A stretch of DNA of 64,000 nt, from positions 95,400-159,399 of the forward strand of contig CAWGFF010000010.1 in the NCBI GenBank assembly GCA_963821765.1, written 5' to 3'. Each line of letters begins with the position of its first letter. Position 1 is the stretch's first letter. The notes under the pieces were generated by a model, which had not been told where the DNA came from, did not search any database, and worked only from the letters and a program-made list of their open reading frames with translations. Origin of the DNA: an uncultured Acidobacteriota bacterium (GTDB lineage Bacteria > Acidobacteriota > Terriglobia > Acidiferrales > UBA7541). Of the stretch, positions 17,923-25,929 are shown one piece after another. The position numbers were made by a program, and so were the translations under genes.

Positions 17923-19479
17923 TTATTTTGATGCGCTGTCTATCAGGGCGGCGATGTTGGACTTCAGTTTGGTTAGATCTTCTTCGTGCAGGTACATCAT
18001 GTGGCCCGCGCCGTAGTATTCGAAGTGGATGTTGCTGCGCAGGTTTCCGGGCAGGAAGAGATGGTCCATGGTGTATTCAGTGGCGTAGAACGGCGTGGCC
18101 ATATCGTAGAAGCCGTTTTCGACCTGGACTTGCAGGTGGGGATTGGTCATGAGCGCCTGAATCAGGTCGCCGGAGACGTTTGCTGAGCCGGGGAAAAAGC
18201 CGCCGCCTTGCGGGCCGCGATGTTTCCAATCCCAATTGCCCCCAACGTCGCCGCTAAGAGCTTCGTAGGATCTTTCTTCCGTGACTTTTAATTCTTCGCG
18301 GGCGTAGCTGTTGAATGCGGCGGTGAAAGCGCCGCGGACCGCGGTGTAGGACGGATCCTCCTCGGCAAACTCGGTGAGCATGTCGTAAGTGGGCATGGTG
18401 TAGCGTGCGTCGTAACGGCCGGTGGTGACGCCGTGGCTGCGCATTAATTCCACATTGAATTGCGGAAGGTTAACGCGCAAGTCGGCTTTCAGGAGGTAAT
18501 CCTCGCTGAGTCCGGTGAAGTGCGAGAGTTTTTTTGCGACGTCTGATTTTTCGGCGGGAGTGATGTTGGTGCCTTTCATCAGAGCGGGGGCGTACTCGGT
18601 GGCGGCGAATTTGCGGGCTTCGGTGAGGAAGGCCGGGACGTCGGACGGCGGATCCGCGAGCGCTTTTTGATATGCCGCGGTGGCGGCGTAGCTGGGGAGG
18701 TAGAGGATGAACGGGAGATCGTCGCCGGGATTGAACGAAATGGTGCCGAGATTGAGGACGGAAGAGATAAGTACGATGCCGTTGATGTAAATGCCGTCGT
18801 GCTGCTGGAGATAATTGCCGAGCGCGGCGGAGCGGAAGGTGCCGTAACTTTCGCCGATCAGAAATTTTGGAGAATTCCAGCGGTTGTTGCGATTGAGATA
18901 GATGTTGATGAACTGCGCGAACATTTTTACGTCTTGATCCACGCCCCAGAAATCCTTGTTCTGCGCTTTGCCGACGGCGTGGCTGAAGCCGGTGCCGACG
19001 GGATCGATGAAGACCATGTCGGTTTTGTCGAGTAGGGAATTGGTGTTGTCTTCGATTTTGTACGGCGCGGGTGGAGTGGCGGCGTGGTCGGCATTGACGA
19101 CGCGACGCGGGCCGAAGGCGCCCATGTGCAACCAGATGGATGCGGAGCCGGGGCCGCCGTTGTAGAGGAAAGCGATGGGGCGCTGGGAAAAATCCTTGGT
19201 GTCGCTGCGCGTGTAGGCGGTGGAGTAGATGAGCGCGGTGGGCTCGCCTTTTTCGTCTTTCAAGAGGGTGGTGGAGGCGACGGCTTTGTAGGCGATGGAT
19301 TGGCCGTTGATTTTGATGGTGTGATCGCTGGGCCAGGCTTCTTCTTTGGGAGGATTGGCGTCTGGGGCTTTGGCGTCTGCTGCGGCGGAGGGCTTGGCAT
19401 CTTTCGGCGGTTCTTGGGCTATGGCGCTGGTGGTGAGTAAAAGCATTGCTGCCGCACAGATGGCTAGGAAGTTCTTCAT
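17923..19479 (-). CDS. S10 family serine carboxypeptidase, secreted
   Basis: 518 aa with a signal peptide. Motifs seen: NGGPGSASIWLHMGAFGP, IGESYGT and C-terminal GAGHMMY. Confidence 0.8.
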   Translation of the reverse strand: MKNFLAICAAAMLLLTTSAIAQEPPKDAKPSAAADAKAPDANPPKEEAWPSDHTIKINGQSIAYKAVASTTLLKDEKGEPTALIYSTAYTRSDTKDFSQRPIAFLYNGGPGSASIWLHMGAFGPRRVVNADHAATPPAPYKIEDNTNSLLDKTDMVFIDPVGTGFSHAVGKAQNKDFWGVDQDVKMFAQFINIYLNRNNRWNSPKFLIGESYGTFRSAALGNYLQQHDGIYINGIVLISSVLNLGTISFNPGDDLPFILYLPSYAATAAYQKALADPPSDVPAFLTEARKFAATEYAPALMKGTNITPAEKSDVAKKLSHFTGLSEDYLLKADLRVNLPQFNVELMRSHGVTTGRYDARYTMPTYDMLTEFAEEDPSYTAVRGAFTAAFNSYAREELKVTEERSYEALSGDVGGNWDWKHRGPQGGGFFPGSANVSGDLIQALMTNPHLQVQVENGFYDMATPFYATEYTMDHLFLPGNLRSNIHFEYYGAGHMMYLHEEDLTKLKSNIAALIDSASK

Positions 19480-19546
19480 TTACGCTCCGATGTCTTGATT
19501 TCGCGCCCCAATTATCGCGGAGGGATTCTACGCACGCGGGTTGAGG

Positions 19547-19672
19547 GAAGTCAAACGGGCGAAGGGCCTCTTACCGCGGAGACGCAGAGGTCGCAGAGAA
19601 AGACCAAGGCGAGCCGACAATAAGGCTGACGTCGTGGCAAGCTGGGGCGCAGCGAGCAGCGCCCCTACCGAG
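19547..19672 (+). repeat. composite intergenic repeat (AAGTCAAA / ACCGCGGAGACGCAGAGGTCGCAGAGAAAG / hairpin-CTAC)
   Basis: gggaagtcaaacggg...ttaccgcggagacgcagaggtcgcagagaaag...ggggcgc agcgagca gcgcccc tac. It is related to the units at 17752-17893, 25743-25850 and 33516-33664. Confidence 0.55.
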
Positions 19673-19725
19673 TATTTGTGTTCGGCGATTTGTTGAAGCG
19701 CACAGCCAGGAGTGGCGGTGCCGGA

Positions 19726-21189
19726 TTAATTGCACGGTGGATTCGTGAACGTTAGGGTGACTGCGCTGGGGTCATCGGATGCGTTGGCGGCGTCATCAGT
19801 GACGGCAGAAATTTTTTGGGTGTCGGAATCTATGCGGGCGGGGATGGTGCAGGTGGTTTGGCCGTGATGCTGGCTTAGGCGTTGAGGATCGAGATCTTCC
19901 CAGGCGGAAAATGTGTAGGCGGCGGATTGGAGCAGCGTGAATTCGTAGAGAGTGTCGGAGATTTTGCGGGCGGCGGGGTTGTCGCCTTTTTCGGCTTGGG
20001 CTGTGACGGTGACTTCGCCGGGCGGGCGGCCGCCTTCCCATTTTAGTTGAACTTTTACGCTGCGAGTGGGATAGCCGTTGCGGAGTTTGATGTTGGCATT
20101 GAGAATTTGCTGGCCGTCTTTTACTTTTATGAATTTAGCTTCCGACTGTTCGGGCTCGCTGGGATAAAAAGTGCGCGGGAAGGGGGAGTTGGGGTCGAGG
20201 CGATTCATGCGATTGAAGACGAGAAGATATTCGCCGGGGCCGATGTGATCGAATTCGAATTTGCCGTCTTGGCCTTGAAAGCCCCAGAGGCCGGGCTGGG
20301 CGGGATCGAAGCGTTCGGCGCGATAAAGCTCGACGGAAGCGATCTGGAGTGATTTTCCATTGGGACCGAGAACGCTGCCGCGAATTTTTCCGGTGGGCAG
20401 GGCGTTGACGTTGTACTCGTAGCAGGCGCCGGAGGGAATTCTGAATGGGGGCAAGCCGCCTTTCAGAGTTTTCTGCGAGAACTCGAAGCGCGCGGGGAGA
20501 TCGGCGGTGTAAACATATTCGCCGGCGTGAACGTCGTAGAAAGAATAGACGCCGTCGGGGCCGGTGCTGGAGGAGAAACGATCATCTTTAGAGCGCAATT
20601 TTAATTTTATGTATGGGAGAGGATCTTCAGGATCGTCGGTGGGCGCGAGGAGCGGCGGATCGGCGCGGCGCAGGACACCGAAGACGGAAGCTACGCGGTC
20701 GTGATTGCGCATGGCGCGCAACTGCGGAAGGATCGCGCGGCCTTCGCTGGCGGGGCGCGTCTGGCCGCAGATGACGGCGAAGAGGCGGCCTTCGGTTTCC
20801 TGTTGGGTGAAGACGATGTACTGCTCGCCCTTCTTGAAATAGTAGCCGCAGTCGGCGTCGTCGCCGCCGGAGAAGACGTCAATGTCCGCGGTGTTGGGGC
20901 CGGCGAATTTTTCGTCAATGTGAAAATGATAGCGAGTGATGGGCGCGACGGTTTGGGGGGTGGCGCCGGGATTTGCGTCGTTGGTGTTGGCTGCGGCAGT
21001 GGCGGCTTCGGCGGAGGTGGCGTCGGGCGCGACGGCGGCGACTTCAGTGACAGTGCCGAGGAAAACCACGTCGTCAGATTGCAGGCCGGGACATCTTCCG
21101 GGAGGCTCTTTGGAACAGGTGCAAGCGTGAAGCACGGAGGGAATGAAAAAGAGCATCAGCGCGGCGGCCAAGAATGAACGTGGAATCAT
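19726..21189 (-). CDS. secreted protein: TIMP/NTR-like N-terminal domain fused to carboxypeptidase-regulatory-like beta-sandwich domains
   Basis: The signal peptide MIPRSFLAAALMLFFIPSVLHA is followed directly by CTCSKEPPGRCPGLQSDDVVFLGTV..., then ITRYHFHIDEKFAGPNTADIDVF..DADCGYYFKKGEQYIVF...GRLFAVICG. The pattern parallels TIMP N-domains (CTCxP...C..SD.VI...V; RYEIK..K...G; ADIR.VY; CGY.F; EFLI.G; L....C). Later, GKIRGSVLGPNGKSLQIASVELY is a CarboxypepD_reg-type motif. Confidence 0.6.
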   Translation of the reverse strand: MIPRSFLAAALMLFFIPSVLHACTCSKEPPGRCPGLQSDDVVFLGTVTEVAAVAPDATSAEAATAAANTNDANPGATPQTVAPITRYHFHIDEKFAGPNTADIDVFSGGDDADCGYYFKKGEQYIVFTQQETEGRLFAVICGQTRPASEGRAILPQLRAMRNHDRVASVFGVLRRADPPLLAPTDDPEDPLPYIKLKLRSKDDRFSSSTGPDGVYSFYDVHAGEYVYTADLPARFEFSQKTLKGGLPPFRIPSGACYEYNVNALPTGKIRGSVLGPNGKSLQIASVELYRAERFDPAQPGLWGFQGQDGKFEFDHIGPGEYLLVFNRMNRLDPNSPFPRTFYPSEPEQSEAKFIKVKDGQQILNANIKLRNGYPTRSVKVQLKWEGGRPPGEVTVTAQAEKGDNPAARKISDTLYEFTLLQSAAYTFSAWEDLDPQRLSQHHGQTTCTIPARIDSDTQKISAVTDDAANASDDPSAVTLTFTNPPCN

Positions 21190-21411
21190 GAATATCTATC
21201 GTACCTTGTGAGGCGCGGGGAAATCGAGGATTCGTGTGAAATTTTTTTGGAAATGTGTGGAGTGATGGCGCTCGGAAGGAGTGGGCTATTTTGGTACACT
21301 GGGGGCCGTTTGCAGAAAACGAAGTTCCCGAGAATCGATTTGCGGACGGGCCGATCTGTGCGCGGATTCGCGCGTGGGGATGCGAGCAGGATAAGGGAGC
21401 AATTTACGAAC

Positions 21412-23004
21412 ATGGGAAAGATTATGGGGACTTTGATTGCGATCCCGGTGTTGTTTTGCGCGGCGGCGGGAGCGCAGCAATCTGCGCCGGCGTCTGCGCA
21501 GCAGGGGAGCCAGTCTATCTACAACGTGACGGTGGTAGGGAAAACCGTAACGGCGGTGAGCTATCAGCACCGCAGCGGCTCGACGATGATCGGATTCCAG
21601 GGAACGCCGCTGCTGCCGCTGGCGAAGGGCGACGCGAAGGTGGACAGCAAGCAGGGATCGATCGTGGTGACCGCGAGTTTCAAAAATATGCAGCCGGCGC
21701 AGAAATACGGGAAGGAATATTTGACGTACGTGCTATGGGCGATCACGCCGGAGGGCAAACCAAGTAACCTGGGGGAGTTGCTTCTCGATGGCGACAAGAG
21801 CAAGTTGACGGCGACCACGAATTTGCAGACCTTTGGAATGATCGTGACGGCGGAGCCGTACTTTGCGGTGAGCATGCCGAGCGACGTGGTGGTGCTGGAA
21901 AACGTAGTGCGGGCGGACACAGTGGGAACGTCGGAGCAAGTGACGGCGAATTACGAATTGATGCAGCGCGGCGGGTATACGTACGACATAACGAAGGCGC
22001 GGGAACCGATCACGGAATTTTCCCCGAAGGTGCCGCTGGAGATTTACGAAGCGCGGAATGCGGTGTCCATTGCGCAGAGCGCGGGGGCGGACACGCTGGC
22101 GCCGGATGCTTTTCAGAAGGCGGTGAGTTCGCTGAGGAACGCGGACAGTTTGCTGGCGAAGAAAGCGAACAGGAAAGAAGTGATCGCGGCGGCGCGCGAT
22201 GCGGTGCAGACCGCGGCGGATGCGCGCGCAATCGCCGTGCAACGCGCGGCGCAGCAGAAAGCGGCAGCAGAACAGGCGGCGGCGCAGGCGGCGGTGGCCG
22301 CAGCGGACGCGAAACAGAAAGAGGAAGCAGCGGCACGGCAGCAGGCTGAAATTCAGAAATTGCAAGCGGAACGGGATGCGGCGCAGGCGGCTGCTGCTCG
22401 AGCACAGGCGGACGCGGCGCGCGCGCAGGCTGATGCAGCGGCGTTGGCAGCGCAGCAACAAGCACAGGCCGCGCAACATCAGGCCGAATTGGCGCAACAG
22501 CAGGCGAAGGCGGCGCAGGATGCTGCGGCCAGGTCGGAAGCAGAGAAGCAGGCTTTGCGGGCGGCGCTGCTCGATCAGTTCAATCGGGTTTTGCCGACGA
22601 CAGATACGCCGCGCGGTTTGCAGGTGAATATGGCGGACGTGTTGTTTGCATTTGGGAAATATGAGCTGCAGCCGCCGGCGCGCGAGGCTTTGGCGAAATT
22701 TTCCGGGATCGTGCTGGCGCATCCGGGACTGCATTTATCGGTGGAGGGATACACGGATAGCGTGGGCAGTGATGCGTTCAATCAAACGCTTTCGGAGCAG
22801 CGGGCGAATGCGGTGCGGGATTATTTGATACAGCAGGGGCTGGATCCGACTTCGATTACGGCGACGGGATTCGGGAAGTCGAACCCGGTGGCGAGCAATG
22901 ATACGGCGACGGGACGGCAGCAGAATCGTCGCGTGGAGATTATTATTTCGGGCGAAGTGATTGGGACGAAGATTGGGGCGCCGAGCGCGCCGCCGCAGCA
23001 GTAG
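21412..23004 (+). CDS. OmpA-family protein with DUF4398-like region and long Ala/Gln-rich coiled coil
   Basis: I prefer ATG 21412 (MGKIMGTLIAIPVLFCAAAGAQQ signal). The C-terminal OmpA domain reads VLFAFGKYELQP...VEGYTDSVGSDAFNQTLSEQRANAVRDYL...NRRVEIIISG. Confidence 0.85.
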   Translation: MGKIMGTLIAIPVLFCAAAGAQQSAPASAQQGSQSIYNVTVVGKTVTAVSYQHRSGSTMIGFQGTPLLPLAKGDAKVDSKQGSIVVTASFKNMQPAQKYGKEYLTYVLWAITPEGKPSNLGELLLDGDKSKLTATTNLQTFGMIVTAEPYFAVSMPSDVVVLENVVRADTVGTSEQVTANYELMQRGGYTYDITKAREPITEFSPKVPLEIYEARNAVSIAQSAGADTLAPDAFQKAVSSLRNADSLLAKKANRKEVIAAARDAVQTAADARAIAVQRAAQQKAAAEQAAAQAAVAAADAKQKEEAAARQQAEIQKLQAERDAAQAAAARAQADAARAQADAAALAAQQQAQAAQHQAELAQQQAKAAQDAAARSEAEKQALRAALLDQFNRVLPTTDTPRGLQVNMADVLFAFGKYELQPPAREALAKFSGIVLAHPGLHLSVEGYTDSVGSDAFNQTLSEQRANAVRDYLIQQGLDPTSITATGFGKSNPVASNDTATGRQQNRRVEIIISGEVIGTKIGAPSAPPQQ

Positions 23005-23064
23005 TTGGCGGATTCGGCGGACGACGGGGTTGAGACCGCGACCATCCGACGTGGCCCGGTGAAA

Positions 23065-23769
23065 TTATCGCGCTGGGTGGTCTGAATGCGACCAGAGGCG
23101 GAAGCCACCTACGAAGGCGTTTTCGTTGCTGCCTCGGCGGGCGCCGGGCGGGAGATTTTTTAGCTTTTTGGCGTTGCCGCCGCCCAGGACTACGTAGTCG
23201 GCTTCGAGAGCTGTTTTCAATTTGTCGGTGACTTTGACAAGCTCTCGCCGCCATTTTTTCTTTCCATATTTTTCCAGTCCGCGAATGCCGAGGTAATCCT
23301 CGTACGTTTTCCCATGTTTGTAGAAAAGGTGCGCGAGTTCCATGGGCTCGAGGACGCCGTCAATCACCATCGCAGAGCCCAGGCCGGTGCCGAGGCCGAG
23401 AAAAAGCATGCGTCCGCCTTTGTAACTGCCGAGGGCTTGCATGCTTGCGTCATTGATAATTTTTGTGGGATGGCCGAAGGCTTTGCGGAAATCGAAACCC
23501 ACCCAGCCGCCGCCGAGGTTGTGAGGCTCGCGGAGCGGATGGTTGTTGATGACTGGGCCGGGATAGCCCATAGCGATGCAATCGTATTTCCAGGAGCGGG
23601 TGGCTTTTTTTACGGCGCGAACCATTTTGGCGGCGGTCATGGAGAGGCTGGAGGGAATTTTTACGGGGTCCTTTTGACCGGTCATCAAGAGCTTGACGTG
23701 AGTTCCGCCGACGTCAATTACCAGGATGCGGTGTGGCTTGTGTTGCGGATTTGGGCGACGAGTCGTCAT
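23065..23769 (-). CDS. ROK-family sugar kinase (polyphosphate/ATP glucokinase-like)
   Basis: ILVIDVGGTHVKL, FGHPTKIINDASMQALG, LGLGTGLGSA. The ORF track starts it at 23904, but ATG 23769 (MTTRRPNPQHKPHRILVIDVGG) fits the family length better. The start is uncertain. Confidence 0.7.
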   Translation of the reverse strand: MTTRRPNPQHKPHRILVIDVGGTHVKLLMTGQKDPVKIPSSLSMTAAKMVRAVKKATRSWKYDCIAMGYPGPVINNHPLREPHNLGGGWVGFDFRKAFGHPTKIINDASMQALGSYKGGRMLFLGLGTGLGSAMVIDGVLEPMELAHLFYKHGKTYEDYLGIRGLEKYGKKKWRRELVKVTDKLKTALEADYVVLGGGNAKKLKNLPPGARRGSNENAFVGGFRLWSHSDHPAR

Positions 23770-23925
23770 GAGCAGATGGCCTCGTTGGAGAAGGGTCGAA
23801 GGTATATCCGGGGGCAGTGGATAGTCAACGGTGGGCGATTGGGAATGGAGGCCGGTGAAGGCAATGTAGGAAGGGCTCAGGATAGAGCTAGCGTTTTTCC
23901 GCATATTATATACAATCCATTTCCT

Positions 23926-25728
23926 ATGAAATACAAACTGCTGGCGAAGTCCTCCATTTTGGCGGTTTTGCTTTCTCTTACCTTAATATCCGTGGGATTT
24001 GCGGCGGGTGGCGATGGCGGTGGCGGCGTCTGGGCCGAGCGTCGGGCCGCAGGCGGTGGCAGCGACGTCGGGGACGAATTTCAATCACCGCCGAGCGAAA
24101 TGCGAGCACTCGCGGAGAGGTACGACGCGGATCGCACCCTTTTGTTGCGCTCGTATCGGACGCCGCTATCGCCGGCGGTACTGGATCGCATGCAAAAGTT
24201 CTACGCAGGGTGGCAGACGGAAATAGAGAAGGTGGATTTCGACAGCATGCATCAGGACGGGAAGATTGATTACATTTTACTGAAGAACACGCTGAACCAC
24301 GAACTACACGGGATCGAATTGCGGCGCAAGGAAATGGCGGAGACGGCGCCGCTGCTGCCGTTTGCTCCGACGATTGTGGGGCTGGCAGAAGCTTTGCGGC
24401 ACATGGAAAACATGGATGCGGCGAAGGCGGCAGCGACGCTGGACGGATTGAACAAGCAGATCGACGAAGCGAAAAAATCATTGAGTTCGATGAAGACTTC
24501 GAAGTATGTGGCCAATCGCGCGGCGATCGAGACGGACCAACTGAGGCAGTCGCTGAAAGATTGGTTCACTTTTTACAATGGGTACGATCCGCAGTTCACT
24601 TGGTGGACGGGCGTGACGTACAAGGCGGTGGACACGAACCTGGAAAGTTACGCGGCGCAAGTGCGCGAGCAGATCGTGGGGATCAAGCCAGGGGACAAGA
24701 CCACGATTGTGGGAAATCCGATCGGGCGCGACGCGCTGATCAGCAGCTTGCGTTACGAAATGATTCCTTACACTCCGGAAGAATTATTGGTGCTGGCGGA
24801 CCGCGAATACGCGTGGTGCGAGGCGGAGATGAAACGCGCTTCGCGGGAGATGGGGGACGGGGACGACTGGCACAAGGCGCTAGAGCAGGTGAAATCGGAT
24901 TATGTGCCGCCGGGAAAACAGCCGGAGTTGATCCGGGACCTGGCGCTAGAGGCGATTGGGTATGTGGAGAAGCACGACCTGGTGACTGTGCCGGAACTGG
25001 CGAGCGAATCGTGGTGGATGGAGATGATGACGCCGGAGCGGCAGCTAGTGAACCCGTTTTTTACGGGCGGGGATCGCATCAGCGTTTCTTATCCGACGGA
25101 CGGGATGACGTTCGAGCAGAAAATGATGAGCATGCGCGGAAATAATATTCATTTTGCGCGGGCGACGGTGTTTCATGAATTGATTCCGGGGCATGAGCTA
25201 CAGGGATTCATGGCGCGGAGGTATCGGACGTGGCGGCGGCCGTTTGATACTTCGTTTTATGTGGAGGGTTGGGCGCTGCATTGGGAAATGCTTTTGTGGG
25301 ACATGAATTTTGCGCGCTCGCCGCAGGACCGGGTGGGGATGCTGTTCTGGAGGATGCATCGGGCGGCGCGAATTATGTTTTCGTTGAATTTTCATCTGGG
25401 AAACTGGACGCCGCAGCAGTGCGTCGATTTCCTGGTGGACAAGGTGGGGCACGAGCGGGAGAACGCCACGGCGGAGGTGCGGCGATCTTTTGCGGGAGAT
25501 TATTCGCCGCTGTACCAGGCTGGTTACATGCTGGGTGGATTGCAGATTGGGGCTTTGCACAAGGCGCTGGTGGAACCGGGGAAGATGACGGAGAGGCAGT
25601 TTCATGATGCGGTGTTGAAGGAGAATGCGATTCCGATTGAGATGATTCGGGCGGATTTTATGAATGAGAAATTGACACGCGATTATGTGCCGCATTGGAA
25701 ATTTTATGGGGATTTGAGCGCGAAGTAG
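23926..25728 (+). CDS. DUF885-family protein (putative secreted metallopeptidase)
   Basis: ATG 23926 (MKYKLLAKSSILAVLLSLTLISVGFA signal). The longer track ORF from 23314 overlaps the ROK gene antisense. The FHELIPGHELQ motif is typical of DUF885. Confidence 0.75.
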   Translation: MKYKLLAKSSILAVLLSLTLISVGFAAGGDGGGGVWAERRAAGGGSDVGDEFQSPPSEMRALAERYDADRTLLLRSYRTPLSPAVLDRMQKFYAGWQTEIEKVDFDSMHQDGKIDYILLKNTLNHELHGIELRRKEMAETAPLLPFAPTIVGLAEALRHMENMDAAKAAATLDGLNKQIDEAKKSLSSMKTSKYVANRAAIETDQLRQSLKDWFTFYNGYDPQFTWWTGVTYKAVDTNLESYAAQVREQIVGIKPGDKTTIVGNPIGRDALISSLRYEMIPYTPEELLVLADREYAWCEAEMKRASREMGDGDDWHKALEQVKSDYVPPGKQPELIRDLALEAIGYVEKHDLVTVPELASESWWMEMMTPERQLVNPFFTGGDRISVSYPTDGMTFEQKMMSMRGNNIHFARATVFHELIPGHELQGFMARRYRTWRRPFDTSFYVEGWALHWEMLLWDMNFARSPQDRVGMLFWRMHRAARIMFSLNFHLGNWTPQQCVDFLVDKVGHERENATAEVRRSFAGDYSPLYQAGYMLGGLQIGALHKALVEPGKMTERQFHDAVLKENAIPIEMIRADFMNEKLTRDYVPHWKFYGDLSAK

Positions 25729-25742
25729 TAGGTGCTCGGGGG

Positions 25743-25850
25743 AAAGTCAAAAGACTTGACACAGCGGACACAGAGAAAAGCGGAGAGCACAGAGAAAGAC
25801 GAGTCCGAGATCACCGCAGAGACGAAGAGGCCGCAGCGAAAGTGGAGAGC
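25743..25850 (+). repeat. purine-rich CACAGAGAA / ACCGCAGAGAC intergenic repeat array
   Basis: aagtcaaaagacttgacacagcggacacagagaaaagcggagagcacagagaaagacgagtccgagatcaccgcagagacgaagaggccgcag. Confidence 0.55.
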
Positions 25851-25929
25851 GCGATGAATTTATCGCTGAGGGCTTCAGGAATTTTTGATTTGATTCATAT
25901 TTTCTACATTTCACAAAGGATCGCCAATT

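Noticed and set aside
21733-22734. 333-aa Arg-rich minus-strand ORF.
   Set aside because: It is antisense to the Ala/Gln-rich coiled coil of the OmpA-family gene (GCN/CAG codons read backwards).
23314-23925. N-terminal 204-aa extension of the DUF885 ORF as listed in the track.
   Set aside because: It runs antisense through the ROK kinase gene. A clean ATG with a signal peptide at 23926 gives a family-typical protein.
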